DNA of 63,878 bases from positions 800,550-864,427 of the forward strand of contig NW_004797325.1 in NCBI RefSeq assembly GCF_000002075.1, given 5' to 3'. The notes below the pieces were generated by a model. It was not told where the DNA came from and made no database searches. It was given only the letters and a program-made list of their open reading frames with translations. The stretch is from Aplysia californica (Eukaryota). Below, piece after piece: positions 24,201-34,896 of this stretch (the first letter of the stretch is position 1; the number at the start of each line of letters is the position of its first letter). The position numbers were made by a program, and so were the translations under genes.

Positions 24201-27030
24201 GAATTAGATCTCAAAACTGTGACGGAACCTCCCCTCAAGGAAACAACAAAAAACACAAAAACATGTGATTTTAACACTTTTCAGGAACTGTCAAGAATAT
24301 TTTTCTCTTTGAAGAGGAAATTTACTGTTATAGAAAATCCCCCAACAGAAAGAAAAGAAGAAGCAAGTTACAGTAGGTCTACTGGTTGTGTGGTACAGTA
24401 GGTTATGAGTCCTGACACTCCAGAGTAGCTCTAATGACCTTTTGACCTACTCACAGGCTGTCAAGTCCATCATCGACGAAGCCTTGATCCAGTTCAGCGC
24501 CGACCGCATCGGGATGCCTGACTTTGCACTGGAGTCTGCCGGTAAGGTTTGATTAACCTGCAGCACAACTGCTGGTTTGGTTTTCTTTTGTGAAAACCAA
24601 ACAAATAGGAGTCCAACCATCTACTAGATATAATGCAAGTCAAAAATCTTGGAAGGCAGAGATGTTGACTCAGTTCTTAGGATAATGCAGGAAGAAGAAG
24701 AAAGAAAAGAAGGTGAAGATCACTCCACAGCAAATATCACATGTGTGCATATGAACTTTCATGTCTATGTGTTATTCCATTGTAGACGGATTTTCTCCTA
24801 CCGCCATTTAACAGTGGGAGTATTTCTTTCTCCTCGACACACTTGTGTGAATGTTCCTCATTAGAAGTGGGGCTCTACAATCATTTTTTCAACGTCTGTG
24901 TATGGTTTATAAATTGAAGAGTGGAATAAATCGTGTTTGTTTTGTAAACTTTCGTGTTCAGGGAGAGGTAAAAAAACAACAAAACAGGTCCAATATTTAT
25001 CATAGCTAGAATTATTTGGGTTGGGTTTTTTTTTTGTGATGAGTGTATCTATACAGATCTATTTCTCATCTTACAATTGCCTGTGTTAGAGCTTTTGTTT
25101 TTGTAAGATCAGATTTGTTTTGTCTTCATTAGAATATTTCTTTTGGACTGATATAATCTGTAACTGGCACCACATTCGTTTATTGAAAGATGTCTCTACC
25201 ATTGAGATCTTTGTTTTGAAATGATGGTTGTATGCTTTAGGAATGGTCATTTTGAAATGATGGCTGGGCGCTATAAGAATGTTTCCTTTGAAGTAATGTT
25301 GTAGTGTTATAAGTCTGCAGATGCAGCTTGTAAAAGAGTGGGTATTTTAGTGACATGAGTATGTCACTTCTTGTGTATTTTTGTCTATGATCGCGATATA
25401 ATCTAGATTTGTCTCTTCCTCATGGGTAGGTCAATTCAGCAATGATAGTGATATGTTTCAAATGTGCTTCCCTGTAGGTGGCAGCATTTTGAGTGTCCGC
25501 TGTTCAGAGACCTACTACAGGAAGACGGCGCTTGTCAGTGTGTTTGGGTTCCCTCTGTGGTATACGTCAAACTCCCCCCGGACTGTCATACAGGTATGTC
25601 TCCTGTCCACTTGTGGACGCATGCACACACACACACACACACACACTCACAAGTGTGGGCCTAGTTATTTATAGAGTTAACCTGTTCTAATGGCCACCTG
25701 TATAAGAGAATCACTTGTACAAACATCCACTTCCTATTCCCCCTTGCTTTTTTTAAAAACGTTATAATGACACTGTTAGGTGTTCACCTGTTTAAGACAA
25801 CCACTTTTCTCCTGACTATGGGTGGCCTTCTCAGACAATTTTGACTGTTATACTTGTACACGCAGGCAAGCACATCCCATCCCAGACAATGGCACTTGGA
25901 CACACCCACACACCGATGAACATGTACACTTACAAACGCCCTGACACACACATAATATATTAATTCAGTGGTCTCCGCCTAAACGCACGCTCCGCTCAAA
26001 CGCACGCTTTCGTCATCTAACGGGTTTTTTACTATATAATTTAGACGTACAAACGCACGGTCACTACCTCTAAACGCACTCTCCGATCCGCGAAACACGC
26101 CGACAAGTTAAGCTTGGCAGGGGGAAATTTTCACTACAATCTGCACAGCCTGCATAAGACAAGCCTAGAATTTACTAGAAAACCAGATATTTGGTGAGAG
26201 TGCCCCTCACGCTGTACAAAGAGAGTAATGGACTGCATTTACACTACACACCCTACTTTCCACTGACGCATAGGTCTCGATCTAGGGCTGGTCGGTTACA
26301 TGTTGGGAGGGGGGGGGGGCTGAAATGTTTTTTTGATTGGTCACTGGAAATGTATCTTTGAGAGAAGGTTTCTGACTGGTGTTTGAGTGACTGCGTGTAA
26401 TGTTTAGTTAAATTTTAAATCTAGGCCTGATGCGCGACACGCGCGAATGCCGTAAAACACTAGACAGGCCTCTATAGGATTTTAAAGATTAGCCAAGTAA
26501 GCCTAATCAGCTGTACTCGAAGAACTTATAACGTACTTGTTCAACGAATCACAAAAGAAAATGTTTCTCAGGGATGATCCAACTGCATGAATTTACGGTC
26601 GGGGGTGGTCGCTTGGAAAGCCACGTGGCTAGTCCGTCGTCTCTATGACTATGACCAGCAGTTTCTTCTTAGGCTATCTGTTCCCGACGTTTACAGTGCA
26701 TATTCATTACATTTAGTTTGTATTTCTCTCCCCTCCTCCCCCCCCCCCCCCCCCTCAACACCTTTGTATTCTTAACCCCTGTCGGGGAATCCTTCACAAA
26801 ACAGTCACATGTGGTCACATTATCTGCCAAAATGACCCCCTCCCTCCAAGGGAGGTCACTAGAGTAATAAGGAATTGAGATGACTGCGTCCCTTCCTCCC
26901 CTTGCAAAGGTTCATGTAAACGCACGCTCCGTATAACACATGCTAAGGAGCCCTCCTGAGCACCGTGCGTTTAAGCGGAGACTACTGTACTTGTGCACAC
27001 ATATACACTCACCACTCAAATACAAACTAT

Positions 27031-27066
<36 letters not shown>

Positions 27067-29257
27067 CTGAATGTAAACACATGAATGATGGTAATGACCC
27101 GAGTCTCCTTTATGTTTCAGCCCAATGTCCACCCTGGGGAGTGTTGGGCCTTCAAAGGCACGTCAGGGTATCTGGTCATCCAGCTGTCCCACCCCGTGCA
27201 GCCCACAGGCTTCACACTGGAGCACATCCCACGCAGTCTCGCCCCCAAGGGAAAAATCGACAGCGCTCCTAAAAATTTTGCAGTCTTTGTAAGAAACTTT
27301 TCAGCTTTTTCCCCTGGCCCTCAAGGACATATACAATATTTGGCACATTAGATTTTAAGACAATGATATTGGAAAATAGTTATCCTTGGTAGATATATTA
27401 TGTCAAAGTTAAACTAATGTTTTGAAGCCCTCATGAGGTTTGATTCAAAATAATTAAAAACACAACTCTGTCTTTTTTTTTTTTTTACCCTCGTTGTCTT
27501 TATGTATTTGTCAGTAAGGTTTTTGAACTGACCTCTGAACACTCCTCCTCAGGGCCTGGTTTCTGAGAGTGACACGCAGGGACTCAGCCTCGGTAACTAC
27601 ACCTACCTGGACAATGGGAAGCCCATCCAGTTCTTCTCCATTCAGGTGTGTTTCACACTCACAGCAGATAGACCGTTGAGGGGTAGTACTTTCTCCCACA
27701 AAGGAATGCTAGGCTTGGGGGGGGGGGTAATCTGCTTTCTGAACATCACACTTGAAAACAATTTGGATATGTCATATTTATCAGTACTTTTAAATACCCC
27801 GCTTGCAGTACATCACATAAATTTAGAGATTGTTAACACGTTACACCCTAAGGGTCTGGACGGGAAGTCCATTGTTAGATCCTAAGCAAGGGGAAGGAAC
27901 CCACCTCCCGTGAATACTAAACAGATTCCCAAAATCCTGAAAAAATGAAAGTTAAAACGAAAAATAATGTAGTTTCAGAAAAATATAACTTTATATATGC
28001 GCAAACTGTTGGAAATGTTCTAACTTTAGTTCAATCGGGGTGTCCGACCCGTCACTCTCACTCCCAGCCTTGCGGTTGGGCCCTAGGTCTAAATTCTAGA
28101 TTTTCTACATCTGATCAATCGGAATCGCCCCAAACTCTTACTACAACGGTTTCATCAAAATCTTAGTCATCTGATTTGTCATATGCTTGTTTTTGCTCAA
28201 ATCCATCGTTATTTCCTTTTTCGAACTCAATTGTGTCGCTTTTCAACAAGTCGAGACACTTTCGAACTGTCGGTAACGCGATCTCACTTCGTTCGGCTCT
28301 CCAATACTAAAACTACTGGCCCGAAAAATTTCGTTTCGATATTAAACGAAAGAAGAAACTTTTTGCAATAACTATGTAAATCAAAATCACAGCCCCAGAG
28401 TCTCGAGTCTCGTCAAGGCGAGACTTCGTTTCTAAAGACGCTAGGTCGGCGAGTCAGGGTGGAGCGCGTAAGGGAATTCGCGGGCGAGTTAGGGTGTAAT
28501 GTGTAATTGAAAAGCACTGCTTGCACACAGTTCAAGAAAGTCCCATTCGTAGATAAATGCTGTTGTACCACAGGATTGGTTTTGCAGATTGCACTGTGGA
28601 CCTGAATTTGTTAAAAGTGACCCTTTTGTAGATTGATATGGGATTTTGGTGTTGGTGGCCAAGTGGTTAGGCTCATGGACTTGCAACCGTTAGGACATGG
28701 GCCTGACATTGTGGCCTTGGGAAAGGCACTTAACACTAATTTTCCTCATTTCACCCAGGTGGAAACGGTTACAAACAGCGAAAGATCTTGTTAGTTTGTT
28801 AGTGTTTGAGAATTTGCAGATTGCTGTGAATGCTTCTTGGTAATTGGAGAATGTTTCTGAGTGTTTTAAAGTCCTAGGGTCTGCTGGGGTAATAATGGTT
28901 GTAAAGCACGCAGAGCATGCTGTGGAGCATGGATGTATGCTGTGCAGTTATTATTATTATTATTATTGAATGCAGATGAGATGTGTTTGTGTCTTTTAAC
29001 CATAAGGACTTGAGATGTCACCTTAGTGTCCTGTAGTATAAATCTATCAAGGGGTGAAACAGTTCGGGCGACTAAGATTTGTGTGCTGATGTCTATAAAA
29101 AGAAGGGAGAATAATTGTAACAGCAAGATGTTTTCTACTCTCTTCTCAGAACGGCCACCCTGGGGTGTTCCAGCACGTAGAGCTGCGGGTTCTGGACAAC
29201 CATGGCAACCAAGAGTACACGTGTGTCTATCGCTTCCGCGTGCACGGGATGCTGTAG
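9152..29257 (+). CDS. SUN1: SUN-domain protein gene (LINC complex inner nuclear membrane protein), 20 coding exons, 5' end incomplete
   Basis: Exons 9152-9286, 10615-10647, 11047-11227, 11683-11812, 12278-12661, 13781-13807, 14657-14806, 16633-16789, 18535-18602, 19170-19294, 20403-20660, 21230-21316, 21524-21567, 22416-22614, 23608-~23781, 24457-24541, 25478-25593, 27121-27288, 27553-27645, 29150-29257. All have AG/GT boundaries with compatible phases. Product: SUN1-like N-terminal motif, TM helix, coiled coil and a C-terminal SUN domain ending YTCVYRFRVHG. The symbol denotes the SUN1/2 co-orthologue. Confidence 0.93.
9447..9978 (+). mobile_element. RTE-clade LINE 3' fragment with TSD
   Basis: YVWSTLLYGCECW, EMWFLRR, GKIEGKRGRGRPR; (GAT)n tail; 10-bp TSD ACCCATGCAT at 9437-9446 and 9979-9988. 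Confidence 0.92.
10615..10647 (+). CDS. SUN1: SUN 33-nt micro-exon (LPKTEYTYAR)
   Basis: TTTCCTCAG / GTAAGT; YTYA matches the SUN1 N-terminal YTYALSSSY motif. Confidence 0.85.
11047..11227 (+). CDS. SUN1: SUN exon (ASYSPKFLRQKRYRSPNMSRRRVH...DDQ)
   Basis: TTCTAG / GTAATT; SPNMSRR resembles SUN1 SPRMSRRS. Confidence 0.85.
11285..11625. repeat. Polypyrimidine low-complexity tract (TTTCC-like) in a SUN intron
   Basis: Read directly. Confidence 0.9.
11683..11812 (+). CDS. SUN1: SUN exon (ISRGSSSDYTDS...DDHHIS)
   Basis: CTTCTCCAG / GTGAGT, phase 0-1. Confidence 0.8.
12278..12661 (+). CDS. SUN1: SUN exon (HDHYYDGMLLRSG...TTTTTEEEEE...KHLD)
   Basis: CCCTCCAG / GTAAAC, 384 nt open, phase 1-1. Confidence 0.85.
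12950..13113 (-). mobile_element. Short retroposon family A
   Basis: Reverse complement of 14458-14632. Confidence 0.85.
13418..13654. mobile_element. MITE with TGTGA(A/G)GCG...GACAAAATGAGTTA TIRs
   Basis: ~27-bp imperfect TIRs; related copies at 38629-38860 and 57221-57466. Confidence 0.85.
13781..13807 (+). CDS. SUN1: SUN 27-nt micro-exon (GLDYDDDIS)
   Basis: AACCAG / GTAATT, phase 1-1, frame-preserving. Confidence 0.65.
14458..14633 (+). mobile_element. Short retroposon family A (~175 bp)
   Basis: Five copies in the window; flanking repeat CAATTTCT at 14448 and 14636. Confidence 0.85.
14657..14806 (+). CDS. SUN1: SUN exon (DVDGHD...KRKRWSVFTFFTTIITTIVTTVTTTIS)
   Basis: CTTCAG / GTGAGT, phase 1-1. 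Confidence 0.8.
14885..15107 (+). mobile_element. tRNA-derived SINE with TSD
   Basis: A box TGGTGTAGTGG, degenerate B box GTTTGATT; TCAAGAAG at 14877-14884 and 15108-15115. Confidence 0.7.
15478..15868 (+). mobile_element. Retroposon family B (~390 bp) with Nimb-type tail
   Basis: Matches the reverse complement of 39120-39770; ends in the shared tail. Confidence 0.8.
16633..16789 (+). CDS. SUN1: SUN exon (ENSSNVVKSVASAVAAPVVIPARW...LLLLDIEMKQ)
   Basis: GTCCTCAG / GTAGTG, phase 1-2; hydrophobic pre-TM segment. Confidence 0.8.
18535..18602 (+). CDS. SUN1: SUN exon encoding the transmembrane helix (RRRGCCCCLLPFLLLLPLLLLG)
   Basis: CCACAG / GTAAGA; the LLLLPLLLL TM pattern is typical of SUN proteins. 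Confidence 0.9.
18718..18828. mobile_element. Tc1/mariner-type MITE
   Basis: TA + CAGGGTGCCCATTG ... CAATGGGCACCCAG + TA. Confidence 0.8.
19170..19294 (+). CDS. SUN1: SUN exon (GYYGKTMQQDA...IPVYQ)
   Basis: CCCTTAG / GTGAGA, phase 1-0. Confidence 0.85.
20403..20660 (+). CDS. SUN1: SUN exon (Pro-rich luminal linker, PPAPVPVAV...ENLASLQ)
   Basis: GACAG / GTAAGT, 258 nt open. Confidence 0.88.
21230..21316 (+). CDS. SUN1: SUN exon, coiled coil (GLLREDISKLEAKLSAVQQEIQVTSEAHQ)
   Basis: CCCAG / GTATAT; heptad pattern. Confidence 0.85.
21524..21567 (+). CDS. SUN1: SUN 44-nt exon (AMTDNFDQTRMSFE)
   Basis: TTTTCAG / GTGAGT; needed to bridge phase 0 to phase 2. Confidence 0.8.
21574..21751 (+). mobile_element. 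Short retroposon family A at a SUN splice donor
   Basis: Homologous to the other copies; TSD TTGA(A/T)GGGTGAGTGG. Confidence 0.85.
21895..22010. mobile_element. Small piggyBac-type MITE
   Basis: TTAA-CCCTTT ... AAAGG-TTAA. Confidence 0.5.
22416..22614 (+). CDS. SUN1: SUN exon, coiled coil (SVEDQRTQWQ...GKCCQN...VMSQ)
   Basis: CTCTCAG / GTGAGT; heptad pattern. Confidence 0.88.
23608..23781 (+). CDS. SUN1: SUN exon (MGSDDEDRQHLAGLMSWL...ASEV); 3' end uncertain next to a gap
   Basis: CTAG acceptor; phase-0 donor GTGGGT at 23782 is possible, or the exon continues into the N gap. Confidence 0.75.
24457..24541 (+). CDS. SUN1: SUN exon (AVKSIIDEALIQFSADRIGMPDFALESA)
   Basis: Conserved pre-SUN-domain motif DRIGxxDFALES; CACAG / GTAAGG. 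Confidence 0.95.
25478..25593 (+). CDS. SUN1: SUN domain exon incl. KASH lid (GGSILSVRCSETY...FGFPLWY...SPRTVIQ)
   Basis: Diagnostic SUN1/2 motif; CTGTAG / GTATGT. Confidence 0.97.
25966..26987. mobile_element. Tigger/pogo-type non-autonomous element
   Basis: 24-bp TIR CAGT(G/A)GTCTCCGC(C/T)TAAACGCACG; internal AAACGCAC repeats; TA on the right flank. Confidence 0.85.
27121..27288 (+). CDS. SUN1: SUN domain exon (PNVHPGECWAFKG...TLEHIP...SAPKNFAVF)
   Basis: Diagnostic PGxCWAF and SAPKxF motifs; TTTCAG / GTAAGA. Confidence 0.97.
27553..27645 (+). CDS. SUN1: SUN domain exon (GLVSESDTQGLSLGNYTYLDNGKPIQFFSIQ)
   Basis: LGxYxY...GxPIQxF motif; CTCAG / GTGTGT. Confidence 0.95.
27837..28503. mobile_element. 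piggyBac-type non-autonomous element
   Basis: TTAA + CACGTTACACCCTAA ... TTAGGGTGTAATGTG + TAA. Confidence 0.8.
28654..28967 (+). mobile_element. CORE-type SINE with (TTA)n tail
   Basis: A box TGGCCAAGTGG; core CCTTGGGAAAGGCACTTAAC...TCACCCAGGTG; TGTAAAGCAC tail motif; partial antisense copy at ~53812-53899. Confidence 0.75.
29150..29257 (+). CDS. SUN1: SUN terminal coding exon (FQHVELRVLDNHGNQEYTCVYRFRVHGML*)
   Basis: Canonical SUN C-terminus with TAG stop. Confidence 0.97.
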   Translation, partial: NGHPGVFQHVELRVLDNHGNQEYTCVYRFRVHGML

Positions 29258-29546
29258 GTGGCTACTCGGATGACAGAGTCACACATGAGTTTCCCGGACT
29301 GTCATGTGGTGCTACGTACTTATCAGTAGCTCATAGACATATATGTGGTGGAATCAGGCTCTCGTCAAAATGATCAAAGTGAAGTAACTTGCATTTTTCC
29401 GCAGGCTTTTGAATTTTTATCAAATTTTTGTTTTTTGGCTCAACAACTTTCATGCACATTAAAGAACTCATTTCTGTGTGGATTTTTCTGAAAAGCGTTG
29501 ATTAAAGACACAAAAATGAAAATTTTCAGTTACCACGGACTCTTAA

Positions 29547-30470
29547 CTCACTTGCGACTGGGCCCTTTCACCAGCCACAAGCGTTGAAGACTGGTGTTTT
29601 GGGGGGTATTTCAATAAATCACCACAACTCTCAGAATTACCCTATTGTAATCATTTTTTGACACAGTAAAGTAACATTCAAGCTTAATCTAATACAAAAA
29701 ACTAAAGTTGTCTAAGTCTAATACTTTAATTTGTATGATTTTTTAAAAATTGGCATGAATTTGATTTTCGAAAAATTTCCAGAGACGTGACAAGTAGAAT
29801 GAAATTCACTGCAACAACAAAAATAAAAGTTCAAAGTGTTCTGGTTTGATTTGTATACATGTGCAAGTGTTTGGTGAAAATATAAAAGCTGGTCTGTGCA
29901 TTGATTCAGACCCATACACTGAATTACATGAGACAGATGTACGGCACGACGTTGTGATTTCGTTGCGCGAAAAACAACACCGGTACTAGTGCTAGATCTA
30001 GCCCTAGAACTACGACTCGGGCCGTGTTCGGGTACATATCCAGGATCCTAACTATTAGACACATCATATTCTGAGACACTAGAACTAGTAAAACGCACAG
30101 AAGTATAGAAAACGGCGAAATTATGTGATTCTTGTTCATGCGACTTCTTCGACCGTTACTACGACGCGACTGTCGGATTACTATGAGCTGTATAGAAAAA
30201 AACAAAGCGCGAGTTCCGGTCTGTTCAACCCCAGTTGGGGTCACTGTCTTTCACCTTCAATAACTTAAAAACTACCGGCCCCAGAGATACGAAACGAAGT
30301 CTAAGTAGCTCAGGCTTGGCCAAACAAGGGTACGAGGCGGGTCTCGCGATCCGTGCGTGATTTGTAGAACGAAAAAAAAATTCCAAAGTTGGTCACGCAG
30401 GGCTTGTGAGACCCGACGCGAGTGTCATGGCGGGGGTCACGCAACTGTTGTGTGACCCGTCTGAAGTGAG
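29547..30470. mobile_element. piggyBac-type non-autonomous element just 3' of the SUN stop
   Basis: TTAA + CTCACTTGCGAC ... GTCTGAAGTGAG + TTAA. Confidence 0.8.
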
Positions 30471-32062
30471 TTAAGCTAAAGAAATAACTAATCTTCGGCG
30501 GCCTTTTTCTCACTAATTTTACCTCTGAAAACAGGTGACCCCCACCTCCTTCTTTCGCAAATATCTCGACTTGTATAAAAGATAAATGGATGTTTTTTTC
30601 ATCCAAATAAAGACAAGTGAACAAGCTTTAAGATGATACCGATAACTCTACATGCCCAAAAATTGACGAGAGCCTGATTCCACCACGCTGCCTCACATAT
30701 GTCTTTTACTTTTCCCTCAGTTGTGTGTGCTTGCATTCCACTATTTCACTTTTCATCATATCTCATTCAATGCTTTGGATACTTATCGTTTAGACAGCAT
30801 TATCCCTGTAACGTTGTATCAGGTTAATTTTATATTTGTAAAGTTTGCAGTATGAAGTCTCATCACATATTTAAGTTATTATTGTCATCATTATCCTGGC
30901 TCTTTCAATATAACCTTTCATTATCATTGTCATCATTATCACAAGTAGAAGCAGTAGAAGGAACCCCATTTTTCCTGTGTAATTATCATTGCTGTCGTCT
31001 CTTCATATTTTTTGTATCACTCACTATTATGATCAGCTGTAGCAGTAGAAATGATTCTTTTATTGATGATGACTTGATCTATGCATTTGTTAGTTTCCTC
31101 TTGCCAGATTTGGTGACCATTTTACTTTTTTGGCTGTAGGTTTGACGACTGTATTTTCTTGTAAAGTTACTACCAAGTCTCAAAAGCAAGCACAATTTAA
31201 AAGATTATAAAAGCAATATATATGTGTCTTTTAAATGTCCACCAATCTTTATTTCCTGATTTTTAAATCTGGACTTTTATTTCAGTTCAACACACAAGTC
31301 AATGTTTTGTCTTGAGTATAATCTCATTATTCTTTAATCTCAGCATTCTTTGTTTTAGAGAAATTTTTAATTTTAGGAAGAGACATACTTCTTTATAGGG
31401 ATTTGTAGAATGGGAAGTTGTAGATGATATCGATGTAGCATAGATCTGTGGCGAAGATCTCTATTGTGAGCTCTCAACTCAAATACCAAAGTTTATGGTT
31501 TTTTCCTGTTGTTCTAGTTTCTGTTGATTTGTCTGGCAAATGTGTTACCATTAAGGCTGTTTTTTTTTAGTTGTTCTTTCTTCTCATATGTACAAACTCA
31601 TTTTACATGTTTGGAATTTTTTCCTTTGATATTCTAAACTCCTGGGTATGCGTCTAAGTTAATATAGTCAGAACTTGACTCATAGACTCCTAAAGCGTAA
31701 GGGGATGCAACAAAACTGATTGGGCACTTCAGAGATGTCAGAAATTAATTTTTCTTGTTTTGATGGATTTAGAAAAGTGACGGCAAGATTAAGACATATT
31801 TGGGTAAGGAGAATTAACTACATAGCACAAAAATTCTTATTCACTTTTGTACTTTTAAGAACCTTATGACTGATCTGTCAAGTGACAAACATGAGGTTCC
31901 ATGCTTATTACAACACGCAAACATCAAATGGTTTCTGTATGTGTGGGGGTCTCTATATTCTATCAAGTGCACTGCTCATGGTGAAGGAGAGATTCTCCCT
32001 GGTCATCTAACCGGGGACCTGTCATGTCATCAGCGTGAGATTTCTTTGATGGACAACAACTG

Positions 32063-32340
32063 TGCCGTACGCTGACAAAACGCCTTTTTTTTTTCACTTT
32101 TGGCGCCAAGTTTTGTTGTTGTTTTGTTTTGTTGTGTTTTTTTTTTGGGGGGGGGGGTCAAAAGCCTGATCAGTTACCCTTCTTGTGTGAAAAAATCCAC
32201 AAAGTGGAACTGGCTAGTTTTTTTATAAATTGGAATTCAATTTCAGAAGAACGCCTGTTTTAAATGGCTAGGCTGATAAAAAGCCTCTTTATTTTGAAAT
32301 TACTGTGATTTTAAAAAAGGCGTTTTGTCAGTTTACGGCA
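32063..32340. mobile_element. MITE with ~28-bp TIR TGCCGTA..CTGACAAAACGCCTTTTTT
   Basis: Near-perfect inverted repeats at both ends. Confidence 0.8.
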
Positions 32341-34896
32341 GAACTGTCCTGTCAGTCCCAGACTGAGAGCTGATATCCCAAAACAGCAGCAACTCTTTCT
32401 GTTATGGTCATCTCTGTGTGAACTTTTATCTTTTGATGCACAAGCACAAATGTGGTAGCTGCTTAATAGACATATTATGTCCTAAATATATAGAGCTAAC
32501 AAAATGCCTTGAATGATGCCATTTTGGCATTGATTGATTGATTGAAATGTGTAACACAATTAATGGCAGCAGTGTGTTTGATACCGCACGTGGCTGCATT
32601 GGCTTTTGAAGTATCCTGTGGACTCCCAGTGACCTTCTGTACTCTCAGGTTTTATTGTCTCTCTTGATATATCATATTGTAAAAAGACAATGTTTTTTAC
32701 AATATTGTTGTTATTATTATTATTATCATTATTGTTATTATTCTTTTTGAATTTTGAAATGAGATGTGAAGAAACTTACTCCAGGGTGTTTTAAAAACTC
32801 TCTCCTCGGTGCTAACAGTGTTGTTGTCTCTGTACCCTTGTACAGTCATACCCGTATGCTTTTGGGGTTTTTTTCCTACTCACGTCCATTTTGCCTTTCT
32901 TGTTCTAAAATAGCTACAGTTTTAATAAGAATGTTTTTTACTTCACGTGATGTTGTGATTATTCTATTAATTTTTTTTTGTACACCACTTTTTCTGGTAT
33001 TGTTTAACTTTTATTGTTGGCCTCCCTGGCCCTCTGGTTGTGTTCAGCCCAGACATGAGCTGTAGCAGCTCCCGGCGTTGGTAGAGAAAACGTTATTTTC
33101 CTATTTACTGGTTCAGCAGTAAGACTTTCAGGGGTGGAGGGGGCTCTAAACCTAATTACCAGGCAATGGTTCAGGTTAGTGAGATAATGTGTTTTGAGTA
33201 CAAACTCTCACAACATGGAAACTGAAATGTTATTATTTAACCCAAAATGTTGACAGATATCGCTTAAGTTTTGATATGATTGGTTCTGTTTATGGCTTGT
33301 GAAGCCAACTCTTTGAACTGCCTTCCACAGCTGACCAGTTTGTGAATCTGTCATCATCCATCATGTTTTGGCCAGTTGTTATTAGAGGAGGGGGGGGGGG
33401 TTGAAATTCAAACTAGGACTGAATCAGAATGTTGCATTGATTTTTATTGAACAGAGTTTTATAATCAAAGAAAAAAAAACGTATGTCATGTCATTTTTAA
33501 AGTGACATTTTCTCTTTTGAAATATTTTTTGTCTTTCACTTTCTGTAAAATTCATGCCCTTTACTTTAATGTAAATTGTTCTTGTAGTTTTTTTGTCATA
33601 AAGAAGGAGATGAAGTCTTTTTGTCACATGCAGATGACTTTTTAAAAGTATTTTCATTGACTAGAACAATTTGACATAGAAAATAGTGGTCTTGGCAGGG
33701 TGAGCTATGTGTAATTGCGAAGATGAAGAAAAGTATGTGGCCCTGCATCTGCTCATACTGTTCTTATTAAGCCTGCACAGAATGCCTTGTATTGTAAGCT
33801 GCAAATATATTGCATAAACAGAAGATGTGCGGAAACAAAAGGGTGGGATTTTTTTGTAATGACAGACAACCATTTTGTTTCTTTTCCAGGTTAAAGTCAG
33901 ACTAATAAGTAATTTCTCTTGTCATTCTGAGTTCTGTTCTCCTCATGGTCAAATGTATCAGTTAACAAAGCTATTTTTCATTAGATCATCATATATATAT
34001 TATATATTACAGTAATGCAATTCATTGCGAATGAAATCTTAAACCTTTTTCCATCATCGGTGCTTGGAATAGTCTATATATGTATTTTATATTAATAATA
34101 ATTTTACCAGTGCAAGAGTCACTAGCCAGTCTCAAACGTTTCCGATTTTTAGACTGATCAGTACATGTACCAAATAACAATAGATGTCACATCTATTTGA
34201 CTATTCATGAATGAAGGGCTCATATTGCATGCATAATCGGCTTTGATAGAATTGTGGTTCAATGTAATGCCTGTGTATCTCTGGCTGAAGTTTTAGCTGG
34301 TGAGTTTAGGATTTGACAACATTTGTTAGTTAGAATCTAGATCCATTGCCTTCTACATAGCACATGGCATAACCACTTATAACAGCTTGAGTTTGTGTCC
34401 AGAGCAGCTCACTATCAGAAGTCTTCTATGGTCAATAAACAAATATACTTGGTTTTCTTTTTTCTAATGCAGTCTCTGTGTTATTATTTTGCTACTGGCT
34501 TCTGGAATAGACCCTGTTGCATCGAAGGGGACATTACACTTACATTGAGGGGGCTCTCGTGGTCTAGAAGTATGGTGTTCACCTCTCATTCAATAGATTC
34601 CAGGTTCGAAACCTGACTGGGACGGGAAATTTTCTCCTGTCACCTCTTTTCCTGCTCTCTAATCATATATTCTGTCGTCTGCTTTCATCTCTACTTTCTG
34701 CCCCCTTCCCTTTTCCTCCTTCTCTGAGCTCCTGACTCTTTCTACTCAACTGCTACTCCCTGGTTCCTTCTTACTGCTGTCTCTCAGTCACACCCCTGAT
34801 TTTATGGTAGGTAAAATCAAACACCTTGCCTTCTCGGATAAGGGCGAAAAAATCTTGGAGGTCCTATGTGCAAGTTGCACCCACTTAAGATCCCTT

